Of a stretch of DNA of 64,000 nucleotides, positions 38,899 to 51,370 are shown in pieces. The notes below the pieces were generated by a model. The model saw only the letters and a list, made by a program, of their open reading frames with translations, was not told the DNA's origin and made no database searches. The stretch is from positions 25,544,001-25,608,000 of the forward strand of contig OZ004614.1 of assembly GCA_963924565.1 (NCBI GenBank). The letters run 5' to 3'. Both the position numbers and the translations under genes were made by a program. The first letter of the stretch is position 1. The number at the start of each line of letters is the position of its first letter. Source of the stretch: Ascidiella aspersa. Its lineage: Eukaryota.

Positions 38899-41877
38899 TT
38901 TTGAATTTGTTCTTACCTAGGTTAAAAAACAGCAGAATTGAATTTTTTATCAACAGAATAATAAAATAGACATTTATAGCACTCTATCAATGTTGTTCGT
39001 AAAAAGTAAGCACCTTTTGAAAATACCAAAACGGAAGATATAAATATCAAAGCCCATACAATATTGGTAGCATTTTGTGAAAGTTTTGAATAAATGTTTT
39101 TCAGCTGTTAAAAATGAATCAAAAAATTGTAAAACGTTTAAAAATGCTATCTATAATGAATAGGCTTTAGTTTTCCTTTAAAGTTTAACTACAACTTCCA
39201 GCCATTATGCTCTAAACTTTATATCTGTTAAACTGCATATGACCAACAGACGGAAATTGGATGATTACCAAAGATTGCATAACGACCACACTTTACACGA
39301 TAACTGCAATGCAACGAAATTCAAAGAGACGAATGTTAGCATACAAACGAGCGTTCTAAGAATTGCAATCAGAAGAAGTCTTACCGGGAAAGCGCGTAAA
39401 GAGCAGGCCATGCGACTGACAACGCCGTGAAACTTGAACAGAGGAGGAATCTTGCAAAGCATGGCGGTTTCAAGTTGCCAATTAATCCCTACGCTAGGAA
39501 TTCACAAGATTTTTAACTGAAGCTATTTTCGCAAATTAGAATAAGTAAGTTTAATATTAGGGTGGAAAATAAAGACCTTTTAACTTGCTACTCCTAGAAT
39601 AAATCGCGAGTCTACAAATACAAGGCAGACAACCTGCGAACTGCAATCATTTATGAAAAAGTAAACACACAGCAACACAAACAAACTCACGCACGGCGTC
39701 AAAATATCCTAAACAGCAGAAATGGTCAAACATTAATGTTAGAAATTGAATCTAGATTAGGGATTTTCAACCTTTTTACGTCAATAGCTCTAAATATCAT
39801 GCTAAAGCCCCGGGTAAGCTAAAACCAAATAATAAAGGGACGGTAGTCTATTTTATTGAACGTGCAAGAAAAATAGTGTTTAAGTTCGTACATGTAGGAT
39901 TGTAGGCAAAGAGATTATTTAAGCCTTGTTGAAATCTCTTTGATCTAAGTTGCCATATTTCAAAACGCTAAATCTCAAAACGTGGCGTAATTTTTACATT
40001 AAAAGACGGAAAATACTCGCGTCCGACGGGAAAAATGCTTTTGTATATAGTTTAAGTTGTCCAACTTTTCATTTTCATTTACGAGGGTACGATGAGACGC
40101 ACGGCGCATTCTGGGTAATTCGGTTTCAACAAAACTGGTGAGGTGTTTAAGCTCATTTAGAATAAAATTAAACTCGTATAACAAGGGGGTCAAATCAGAT
40201 TCATTTCATGCAATATAATAGCGTTATGATATACAGTACTCACTTTGATTGACAGAACTTCGCTCCAACAAGACTCCGGTATTTCAGATAAACGTAACAC
40301 GTCTAGCTTAAGACTCAGAAAATGTAAAGTGTGTAGTTTAGTTGGGGTTGCGTTTGTGGTACTAACCTATTCGACAGGAAATCAGAAACGAGGAAGGATA
40401 GGGATTGATAATAAAGAGAAAGGATGCGAAAAGGGAGCGAAGCGGGAGCGAGCAGGAAAACCGCGAGGAAAAAAGTCCATGCAAAAATAGACGCACGAAC
40501 GCGCGCAGAATTTAAAAACTAGGCTTGACAGATTACAGGAAGCTTCGCTTAAAACCGCTAATACAATAACTCAAAACAGTGCTGAACCGATTCAACCATA
40601 TGCATTTTCAAAAACTTAACGAATAATTATAAACTTAACAAATAAGTTCGCCAGCTGAACGCTACACTGGCAAATGATGTTCAGCTGCAATTCCATATTT
40701 GGTAAAGAAAACTGTATAATATTGCTTCTTTAGGTTTGCTATACTTAAAAACGAAAAACATGCTGATTAAACGTTTCTAACTAAACTGCCTTAAATAGAA
40801 CACGCAATAACGCAAAAACTCTTTTCAAAGGCGATTACAAAATGGTTATAAAGCAATAACTCTAGCTCAGTGGTTCTCAACCTTTTATGCTTCGTGGCCC
40901 CCTTTAAAAGGCTCCTAACGCTCGTGGCCCCCTGCTTATAAACATACCTCAATTGTAGCCTATTGTATTTACCGTGTTTTCACGTTTTACTTCTCCATGT
41001 TATAAAACAAATACAGCCATTATTCAACGAATAAATGCATTTACTTTCTAAAAATTAACAAATAGGCCTAAGTCATTTTAATTTAAATTAACTTAGTTAT
41101 TCATTACAAAGCTTGTTTGCCGACCCCACCGAGGTTTTATATATTTGGCTCTGCCCGTTTTGTACTGCGGCAAGCGATGCCATGCACTGCATTCGTCAAG
41201 ATGATTTTGTTGATTTTTGTTTTATTAATGCGTTACTATTAGCCTACTGGACAAATAAGCTGTGCATAACCTCTCCGAATGTTGGCCTAAAATTCACCTT
41301 GAGTAACCCTGTAGCGTACTTAATGCGTTTTACTACGAAATGTTTCTTTTGTAACAGAAAGTATAATGCGAAATCGTTGCACCTTGCATTACACGCCAGT
41401 TGCTTGCCCAACAGCATTTGTTGGACACTTAATGATTGGGCAATGGTTACGGAAAAATATAGTCTTTAGTCATAATACAAACCTAAGTATAACGAACTGC
41501 GTGGTGTTCCAAAGGTTACTTTTATGACGTCACATTTATCTAACGCTGTGACGTCACATTATGACGCAATTTTGCGACGTCATCTGTGAAAAAAAATTCT
41601 ATGCCCCCTCCAAGCAATAATTCTAAATCTGCGCCTGTTGTAGAATTAAACTCTTATGCAACACAGACAGTTTTTTTGCTGCAATCTTTTTTTATTCGGT
41701 TCTAGTTGAGGTGAACGTGAAATTGCGACCAAACGACAAACAACATTGAACCCGCCACCACCTTTCACTCCTGCTAAAGGTCATAGGTCACTCACACGGA
41801 CTATAGGTCATCACAAGAAACTTCTAAACCACCAGGACTGGCTTGAGAGCCAGACCCGCTACCGACTAGCACCGCGT

Positions 41878-44521
41878 TTAAATGTAAGTGTTGAGCATCG
41901 TGATGAACATATCCTTGGCGAAGACGCTACGGTTCATTCCGGAGGCAAAATCAGCAAGAAGCTTGTTAACCAACTTGACTGTAAGGTCTCGTATGTTTGA
42001 GACAGCGTACTGGACTTTGTCGATGTTTTTCTGCTGTTCAGCGTTCTTCTCGGCCATTTGATCGAGAAGAGCTTTCTGTGCGTCGTTTGCAACTCTAGCG
42101 GCATTCAACGCTGCGTCTTGGGCTTGATTTTTAGCTGAACTGCTCGCCAAAGCTGCGTCCTGCCTTTTATCACTGGCAGCTGACTTGGTAAGACTGGAAT
42201 CTTGGGCTGCGTTGACCAATTTCACAGCATCAAGTTGCGACTCTTGGATGCTGTTCTTGTCCAAGATGCTGGTGATCTGACCGCGTTGTTGGTTGTTTGT
42301 GTTCTCCAGTGCTCCCATGCGAGAGTCCTGCTTGCTGTTATGGCTCCTGATGGATCCGATAACTGCATCCTGGTCGTTGTTCTTGCTCTCAGCGGACTTT
42401 ACCATCTTCCTGATTTGATCCAACATCTCTTCAAGCTCCTTGTTCTCCTTGTAGAGATCCAGGACATCTCTGTAGAGCTTGGAGTTGATTGCAGCTTGCG
42501 CCTGTGTATGTGGTGGGGAGTTAGGATTTGCTCACTTATAAACACTTATTTAATTGCCTTGCTGAACCTCAACACGACATGAATCATTATTGTAATGAAT
42601 TGAGTCAATAAAATGAAATAACCTGACTTGACCGAAGTCTTTGGAGCAGAATGATTTTAATTGATCAGACTTTGGGACAAATGAGTTCATTTTTATTTTA
42701 GAAAACGACATAAGTCAAGTCACGTCATTGAAAAACAGTGACTTTAGTGCACTTAATTCAAGGCCTTGTTTTAAATCATTTCAACACCGGCATAGATAAG
42801 AATGACGCAGGCCACTTAAATGACTAACCCAATAGCTAATTAGGGCGAAGTAACAGGATTCGTTTGGGTAAAATGACTTGACTTGGATTAAGTCCTTCGA
42901 ATAAATGACTTGAGTTGAAATGAAGTGTTATCATTAAGCATTTGTTCATAAAATTGAGTTAATTATCTCAGGTTTTGTACATAAAACAACTTGCTTGCTA
43001 TGTGTTACGTTTTTTGTTGTTTTCACGTTTATTGCTCACAATCGGATGAGTTTACCAATTAGTTCAACGTTAAACTTTGATGACAAGGACTTGAGTTGGA
43101 GTTGACTTGCTCCAACTAAGACTTGACTTGTTATTTTTTTAAAAGCCTTGACTTGAACTCATATTCTTTTAAAAATGACTTTTTTTGCAAAAAACTTGAC
43201 TCGGACTTCGATCATTTCAAAATGGCAACACGGCAAGTTTTTGTGCGAATATTTGAAGAGGCGTTTTTTTTTTCTTTGTTAGAAACAATATCGCCCATTT
43301 TTTGTAAATATTTTTCTTAATTAATAATAAGATGTTGATTATCTCTGTCCCACCAGGTTTTATAATGTAACGTTAATGTATTAAAATCGGTCAACTCGTT
43401 TATCGTTTTTATTTAATTTAAAACAATTTTGCTCTTTGTAATGCAAAAACCACGAGTATGCTAGTCAATAAAAATGCCTTGTTTGCCAATAAAAGTAGAA
43501 AAACATCTAGATAACTTCAAACTTACCGACAACTACCCAAACAGCGAGGCGTATTCAGGGGGTTGCAGCTTAAGCATTAAGTTGATTTATGGCCAAACCG
43601 CATGTAAAACAAAAGGCCAAACCGCATGTAAAAAAAAAGGCCAACCGCATGTAAAAACAATTTATTATCTCTGCCCCACAAGGTTTTATAATGTAATGGG
43701 CGGTACTTTTGGTGTTAAAGCTAACAGGACTCGAAAGCCGGATAAAATTATTTAAAATCAATGTCTAAAATTTTACAAAATCTTAAATGCATAGCAACCC
43801 TCCGTAGTGTTGCGTGTATTTATTTTTTATTTCTATGAAAACGATGTATTTTAATTTGATCGCATCTTTTTTGCCTTCATTTAATTCCACTAGTACAGAT
43901 TTCTCAGCCGTAGCTACGGACCGTACTACAAATCTGGCCTAAAGAAAGCAACGAGCATTTTACCTTCATAAGAGCTTCCATCTTGTCGTTTGAGGACTTG
44001 AAATTGTTGACGATGTTGTAAGTGAAGCAGACTTTGGTGCCGATGGCAGCCAGGTAGCTGTTGAGGGACCTGATCCTCTCATCTCTGTAAGAGAACCATC
44101 TGCTTACGTCTCTCTTGTACCCGTCGAACGTACTGCAGCGCTACGGATTAATTATTTGTTAAAAAAAGGGATGAGTTTGAGATAGAGATAAATAGGTTCA
44201 GACTTGAATTTCAAGTTTTCAAACAAAACACTGGAAAAGAAGTAGGCTGCAAAGCCAACGCTACTTAAAAAAGCATGCTGGGCATGTGCATATTTGCAAA
44301 GTAGCCTATGCTACCGACCTATGCTAAGAGACAGTAATATAACTGGTAAAAAATACTTCTATAAACGCAACTAATGATTTAAGGCAAAAATGTAATTGTA
44401 AAGATAGCAATTTAACAAAACCAATAGATTTAAAATAAGACCTTACCAAAAGGTATGCATTGGTTTCAGGTATTGCCATGCAGGCCACCAGGAAAAGAGT
44501 TACAACAGAAAAAAACTTCAT
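41878..44521 (-). CDS. Secreted coiled-coil repeat protein, paralogue A (291 aa); exons 44447-44521, 43964-44140, 41878-42501
   Basis: Signal-peptide-like MKFFSVVTLFLVACMAIPETNA, GT-AG introns in frame, nine 14-aa NxxQD repeats, AATAAA at 41691-41696, probable 5'UTR donor CAG|GTAAGT near 45233. Colinear with the gene at 59092. Confidence 0.88.
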
Positions 44522-45538
44522 TGCTCTGAGCTATTGGTTTTCTGCAGAAAATCAAAGTAAATAAAGTGAATGTATAGTTAAAATATTTTTTTGTAAAAGG
44601 CTGCCATTGTTTTCTAGATTTTCCTGGAATACAAAAACTTATAACAAACTAGAAAAATGAAACTCAAAGTATGTAAGCTTTACATAACGCACGGAAGAAC
44701 TAAATATAGCTAAGGTGTTTAATCCAAAAACAAAACACAATAAACAACTAGTTTATATTTGCACATTTTTAGCACACCACCCAGTAGATTTTTATATTAC
44801 GTAAATAAAACCAATTTGCAGCGCTAGAGCCGTTTTATAGACAATCACGTACAGATCAACAGAGAGAAATGCAACGCTTTTAAAAAAGGATAAATTGTTA
44901 GATAAAAATGACGGATACAGCTTAAACAAATTGCTTCATAGCTAATTAAGGCACAGTAACATGGTTATAATAATAGAACCTACACATTTATAATATCATA
45001 TAAACACGTTTTAATTTCACCCTAATAATAAAATAATTGATATCGGTTGGGGCGAATGCCCTTTTTGTCCAAAATATCGTTTATCGGAACAAAATATCGG
45101 TCTTCCCTCTCTACTCATTCCTAACCTTCTCGCTTTAACACTAAGCACTCGTTTGTAAAAACCCGCGAACACTGATGATTTTATGTGGGCCTTATGCTGC
45201 TGTTAGCCCCTGCTTGTTTTTCCGTAGAACTTACCTGGTGTCACAAACACATGCTCGAAATTGCTTGTGCAATGTGCGTAATGCCAACACTGCACTATCT
45301 GTTTGTTCAGCGCATGCGCATATATCGTCATTAGCGCTGCCACTTTAGACGCGGAAGCTTGGCTTAATCCTAGTATGACGCATTTTGACACTTTGCAATG
45401 CAAACTTATTAGCGGGGGTGGCATTAGGTTATGACTGTTCAATCCTGTGCAATGAAACTCGTACGTTCAAACAATCCATCAATCCTTCGTGTGTTGGAAG
45501 AAACATTGTTTTTACCAATATCATCATTATGTTGCATG

Positions 45539-45700
45539 CAGGCGCGGATTTAAGGTTTTGGTTTGTGGGGGGGATTTTTTTAGCGTGACATCACAAAGTT
45601 ACATCAAAACGTGACGTCATATAGTTACGTCAAAACATGACGTCACAAAGTTGCGCCAAAACGTGACGTCACAAAATTTAATACAAAAGATACAAATAGG
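45539..45700. mobile_element. MITE-like end (CAGGCGCGGATT) carrying three TGACGTCA palindromes
   Basis: TGACGTCA at 45612, 45638 and 45664. An inverted relative lies at about 41500-41638, with fragments at 55790 and 59550-59622. Confidence 0.55.
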
Positions 45701-48700
45701 ATATAGATTCGCCACCCGATTCGATTTGTTTTCAACGCTTGTAGCGTTCGTATTAGGATAATTCGGGGCTTTGAAGCGTCTGTGTTAGAACATGTGTTAG
45801 AAATTAGACGCTTTAAGCGGACCGTATAAGAACAGGATGCAGGCGAACAGCGAATGCGCAGACTAATCATGCATAACGAAACGTTGCCAAGCGATGCAGA
45901 GTATAGATTTTTTTATCTTGTACAGTTTTGGATATTAGAAATGCAGAAATGTTTATAGCTGTACCAAGTTAATGCGATGTTTATAATTTCACCCAGCAAA
46001 TAGAAGGTTAAAAGCTTTTATTGTTGCTAAAGCCTACCTTATTAGCGAACATTATTTGGGTTAGGGTGCGGGTTTGGGTATAAGTCAAGCAATACTATTA
46101 ATAATAATACTTGAACCACCCCTACCCCAGCCTGGAAAGTATAACAGAACACGCGGGTACAATGCCGAAAAAAATCGGGTGACTAGGTGCAACAAAGTTA
46201 AAAAAGGGCGCTGGTCTAGAATCCTACCACATTATTAAATCAACGCACAATATTAGGGTTAGGGGCGGCGAGAGTTAGTGTTTGGGTGTGGGTTGATGAA
46301 GTATTATTATATTCATTTTTAACCCTAACCAAAATAATGTGCATTGTGGTAGGACTTAAGACCAGCACGAAAAAAGTGAATCTCTGGTCTGCTTTCGAAT
46401 TTCCAGACTTCCACGTTTTGATTTTCTCATGCACTCCGTATTGCATACATTGCACTTTAAACATATAAATAGGGTGCACAAACGTTTGACATGTTTAGGG
46501 TGCAGTTCAGATTTTTTTCTGGGTGCACTTGCCATACTTTCCACAGTGCCCCCACCCGAACAGTAACCAACACCCTGTCCCAAATATTGTAGCTTGCTGT
46601 AATAATTGTTTCAACGCTGTGGTAGGATTAAAGACCAGCGCCAATACTTTTATTGTTGCTAAAGCTGCTGTTTCTGGCTATTGACTTTCATTCCAAGGTT
46701 TTATTAGTTAAAAGACAATATTATTTACATTTACAATGCTAAAAAATATTAGTTGTAGCTAATTTACCTCATTATACTAAACTTAGTTAGCAAAATATAT
46801 GCCAAGAAATATTAAATTAGATAAGATGACCTTTGTTTTCCAACTTATTTTCTAAAATTTGGTCACCATTATAATGTAAAGTAAGTCCTAGGTAGTATAC
46901 ATGTTTGAAATATTATAATATTGAAACAAATTTAACTTTAACAATTGGCTATTTTCATGGTGCATATTGCATCTAGTTTGCATTCTGTGGCAGATGCATA
47001 CCAAATATTTTTAAAGCAATTTGTGAGCACACCTCAATAAATAAATTGCACATTTCAGAAAAGGTTGTGTTGCAGTAGGATTTCAAACTTCAGTTATGCC
47101 GAAATATGTCCTCACATCTGGAAATTTGGTGATGTACGTCAGATATCTGTGCATCGCACATTCTTTGAACCACATTTTAATGTAAATTTTTAATTTGTGG
47201 CATATAAATCTTAAGGTCCGAAAATATGTTACTTCCTTCTGTTCATGGTGGCCTGAAGGCATACAACCAAACTAATAAAAACTCATGAATATTATTAGTT
47301 GTAAAAGTGTTGTAGTGATCTCAAGTTGATAAAAAATAGCTGCTGCATAAGGTTGCGAAGTTGTAGGAAATAGTGCCCGATAAATTTAAATTTCATGTGT
47401 CACTACCTTAATTGACCTTACTTTTTACCATTTTTGCATTCTTAACTTTTTCCATTAAGGTCATATACAAGGCATGATTTTTAATAAAATGGTGAACTTA
47501 GTTGTTTATTATCTATAAACTGCTTTAAGTTTAATATCACAGAATTTAATTAAATATTATCATGCCTGGCCAAATTAATTTATATTTTTGTTTTTCATTA
47601 TTAAAAATGTTTTTATTTCCCGAAATACCATTTTATATAATTCCTAGATGTAATATTTCAGTCAACCCCAAAAATTAGGGATTTTGTAAGGTTAAAGTGC
47701 AAGTAAAAAGATGTCTCTGAAAGTGTTAAGTAACCTTTAAATCATTGGAAAAGCTCTCTGCATCAAGTCTACACCCATTTGACAAAGAAACAGCTTCAGT
47801 TTCCATCCCCAACAAACCTTTGTGCGCGGAAGTTAGAGAAAAGGTAATTTCCATTTTGTGTGTTGTGCATTCCAAAACATTAATGTTTACCAGCACTTCC
47901 CAACCTGTTGCCAATGGTTTCCAGGTACCAAATTCGAAAATGTTTTTTGAATAATCTTTAATAACGACTTGGCTAATTTAGTCCACAGTTATTAAAATGT
48001 GTAACCAATATACAAGGCCTATTTAATAAAAACATGCAAGTAGTGCAGGAGAAATATATGTATATCTAACATTTTTAGTATTGTCTAGTGTCGACAAGGG
48101 AGTGCAATCATCTAACAAGGAGAAACAACTAGCGATGAACTCGTGGTGCCTATGTGCAAAAAATCATACAGTGATGAAGAAAAGGACAAACATTTAAATG
48201 TGTAATTATTCTATACCGGTGGTTACTGTATATTTACCCCCCATCATTTCACACAATCGTTCGTGTTTGCCGCTTAAATCTCCACATGGTAAAATAAACA
48301 GATTTGGAAAATCATAAATGGCCCATTGATTTGAGTTATAGTTCCTAACAGGCCGTTTAAAATACCCGGAATGCGATAGTTTATTGAACGATTTTGTGGA
48401 CTACGTATGCTACATTTATTACGCACAACATTGTGCAATTTTGGAAAAACATATAAATAGTTTCCTGCTTTAGTACACTCTGATTATGTTTTTGTGCCTT
48501 GTTTTTAGCTATTAGTGCTTTAAATGTGAGTTTAATAAAATAAAAAACAACGGTTATGTGTTCCAGTGTTGGTTGACTACAAAAACTAAGTCCACTTACA
48601 AATAACAGTATTTTTGTTAGCTGATTTTACGCATTTTGCGTTTCGTCGTTAGTATTAAAAAAAGAGGCCGAACAGTGTATTAAAATAAATAATTTTATTA

Positions 48701-50122
48701 ATTACTACATTCAAATTATGTCCGTGTTGGGTCGTTCCTTGTTCTACAATTGACGATTAAAAATCAAGCAATATATCCACCGCACAACGCAGTAAATCAA
48801 AACGTGAATTGAGCACACATTTTTGTAGTGGTTTATCGTGATATTTATTGATTCGATCTATATTTGCCCCTATGATTTCGTTGTATCTGGTAGGACTCCA
48901 ATTGTCCAGCCACAAGATCGAAATATATATTTCGGAATAAAACAAAAATCGGACTAGGACCTAATACTCGTAATAATAACGTATAAACGGAATATGTCCT
49001 ACGTATAAACGGAATATTTCCGGAATAAGACTTAACTTGCATGAAAGAACCAAGCCTATACAAAATTTGCCGCCCGTAGGTACATCACAAACCCTTCTAA
49101 TAATTTCAACTCTAAAAACAATTTTCTAGCCCTAAACAGGGCCTAAAATCGATGCCAAAACAGCGGAGCCTTAACGGCGCCGTTCCATCTAGGGTGCCCA
49201 AGCGTCGACACCAAAACAACCGATGGCCCTGATCGTCCCATACACTCTCCTTACAGTTTCAGACGTTATTTTGGCGTAACGCCCTGTTTCGATGAATTAA
49301 GGACTTTCCGGCGGGTATGTGTCTTATTTAGGCGGTTTAGATCTTATTCTGTCGTGGGTATTAGGCCTACTGCGTATTTGGCTTTATTATGTCGTTGGTT
49401 TTGCTTTGTAGTTATTATTGTATGTTCCCATCTGATTCCGATACAATCGTGTTTATACTCTTAATAGCTTACGTTACAACATGTTGGTCATCTCGGACAA
49501 ACTTTCGACGTCAACCTGGTTTTAAAATGGCCATATTTCTGAAAAAATCCATCTCTTAAGGATTTAATACTGTTAGCACTGCTGTATTGAGGCATTGTTT
49601 TAACTACGTGTGACGAAACCAAACTAAACAATTATGGTTTGTTCAATGAGAACATGTTATTGACTTGCGTCTAAAAATATTGTTGTTCGCAATATTTGTC
49701 AAAAGGTAAAAAGCTTAGTATTAATGCACATTTCAACATACTAAACCATGCCTATTAAAGATTTTCATCCTGGCAGCTGCACAGCCGACAATTATCTGCG
49801 AGAGCCTGTGGCTGTTTTAATTCTCATCTACACGTCTTGAGTATAGCAGTACCCAAAGTGTACTTCGGTTAAAAATGAGTAACTTTTACATTTGTAGAAG
49901 ATATAAACACAATGATACTTGTGCAAAAACTGTGTGTTTACATTTCGTACTTATCCGTAATTTTAATTTTGCGCTGACTGTTGCAAAGCTGACTTTCACA
50001 CGGTTCTACCTTTTAAATGCCTTTGATTCGCGCTACGTACAGAAGAGTTTTTCAAATTGGAAAATTAAAACTAACACATTTGTGGCAGACATATAAACTG
50101 AGATGTTTGGTTAAACAACAGT

Positions 50123-51370
50123 AAAAATGCTTCTGTACTAAGCGCACATCATAAGCATTTGTAATGCACAATTCTGTGCGAAAAGTTAGCTTTGCGACCT
50201 TTAACGCGCAGTCAAATTACTGCCAAACGAAAAGAGTTAAACGAACAGTTGTTTTACGAAACATCTCAGTTTATGCGTCTTTTACAAATGTGTAATTTTT
50301 AATTTTCCAACTTGAAAAATGCTTCTGTACTAAGCGCGCTTCATAAGCATTTATAGTGCACTTTATGTGCGAAAAGTCAGCTTTGCGACCTTTAACGCGC
50401 AATCAAATTACTGCCAAACGAAAAGAGTTAAACGAACAGTTGTTTTACCAAACATCTCATTTGATATGTCTCCCACAAATGTGTAAGTTTTGATATTCCA
50501 ACTTGAAAAATTCTCCTGTACTAAGCGCTCATCATAAACATTTATAATGCACTACTATGTGCGAAAAGTCAGCTTTGCGACCTTCAACGCGCAATCAAAT
50601 TACTGCCAAACGAAAAGAGTTAAACGAACAGTTGTTTTACGAATAATCTCAGTTTATACGTCTTTTACAAATGTGTAATTTTTAATTTTCCAACTTGAAA
50701 AATGCTTCTGTACCAAGCGCGCTTCACAAGCATTTATAACGCACGACCCTGTGCGAAAAGTCAGCTTTGCGAACTTTAACGCGCAATCAAATTACTGCCA
50801 AACGAAAAGAGTTAAACGAACACTTGTTTTACCTAACATCTCATTTGATATGTCTCCCACAAATGTGTAAGTTGTGATATTCCAACTTGAAAAATTCTCC
50901 TGTACTAAGCGCGCATCATAAGCATTTATAATGCACTACTATGTGCGAAAAGTCAGCTTTGCGACCTTCAACGCGCAATAAAATTACTGCCAAACGAAAA
51001 GAGTTAAACGAACAGTTGTTTTACGAAACATCTCAGTTTATATGGATTTTACAAATGTGTAATTTTTAATTTTCCAACTTGAAAAATGCTTCTGTACTAA
51101 GCACGCTTCATAAGCATTTATAAGGCACGACCCTGTGCGAAAAGTCAGCCTAGTGAACTTTAACGCACAGTCAAATTACTGTCAAACGAAAAGAGTTAAA
51201 CGAACTGTTGTTTTACCAAACATCTCAGTTTATATTTCTCCCACAAATGTGTTAGTTTTAATTTTCCAACTTGAAAAACTTTTCTGTACTTAGCGGGGAT
51301 CAAAGGCATTTAAAAGGTTCAACCGTGGGAAAGTTAGCTTTGCAACAGTCAGCGCAAAATTAAAATTGCG
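50123..51370 (+). repeat. 192-bp tandem satellite, about 6.5 copies, alternating A/B variants
   Basis: TG(C/T)CAAACGAAAAGAGTTAAACGAA recurs at 50221, 50412, 50604, 50796, 50988 and 51180. Confidence 0.95.

Noticed and set aside
41500-45700. Composite transposon carrying paralogue A between two inverted CAGGCGCGGAT elements
   Set aside because: The element termini face the gene rather than enclosing it, and I saw no shared TSD.
46250-46300. Telomere-like TTAGGG motifs
   Set aside because: Only two or three degenerate units, inside a dispersed MITE family that is also present at 30.2 kb.
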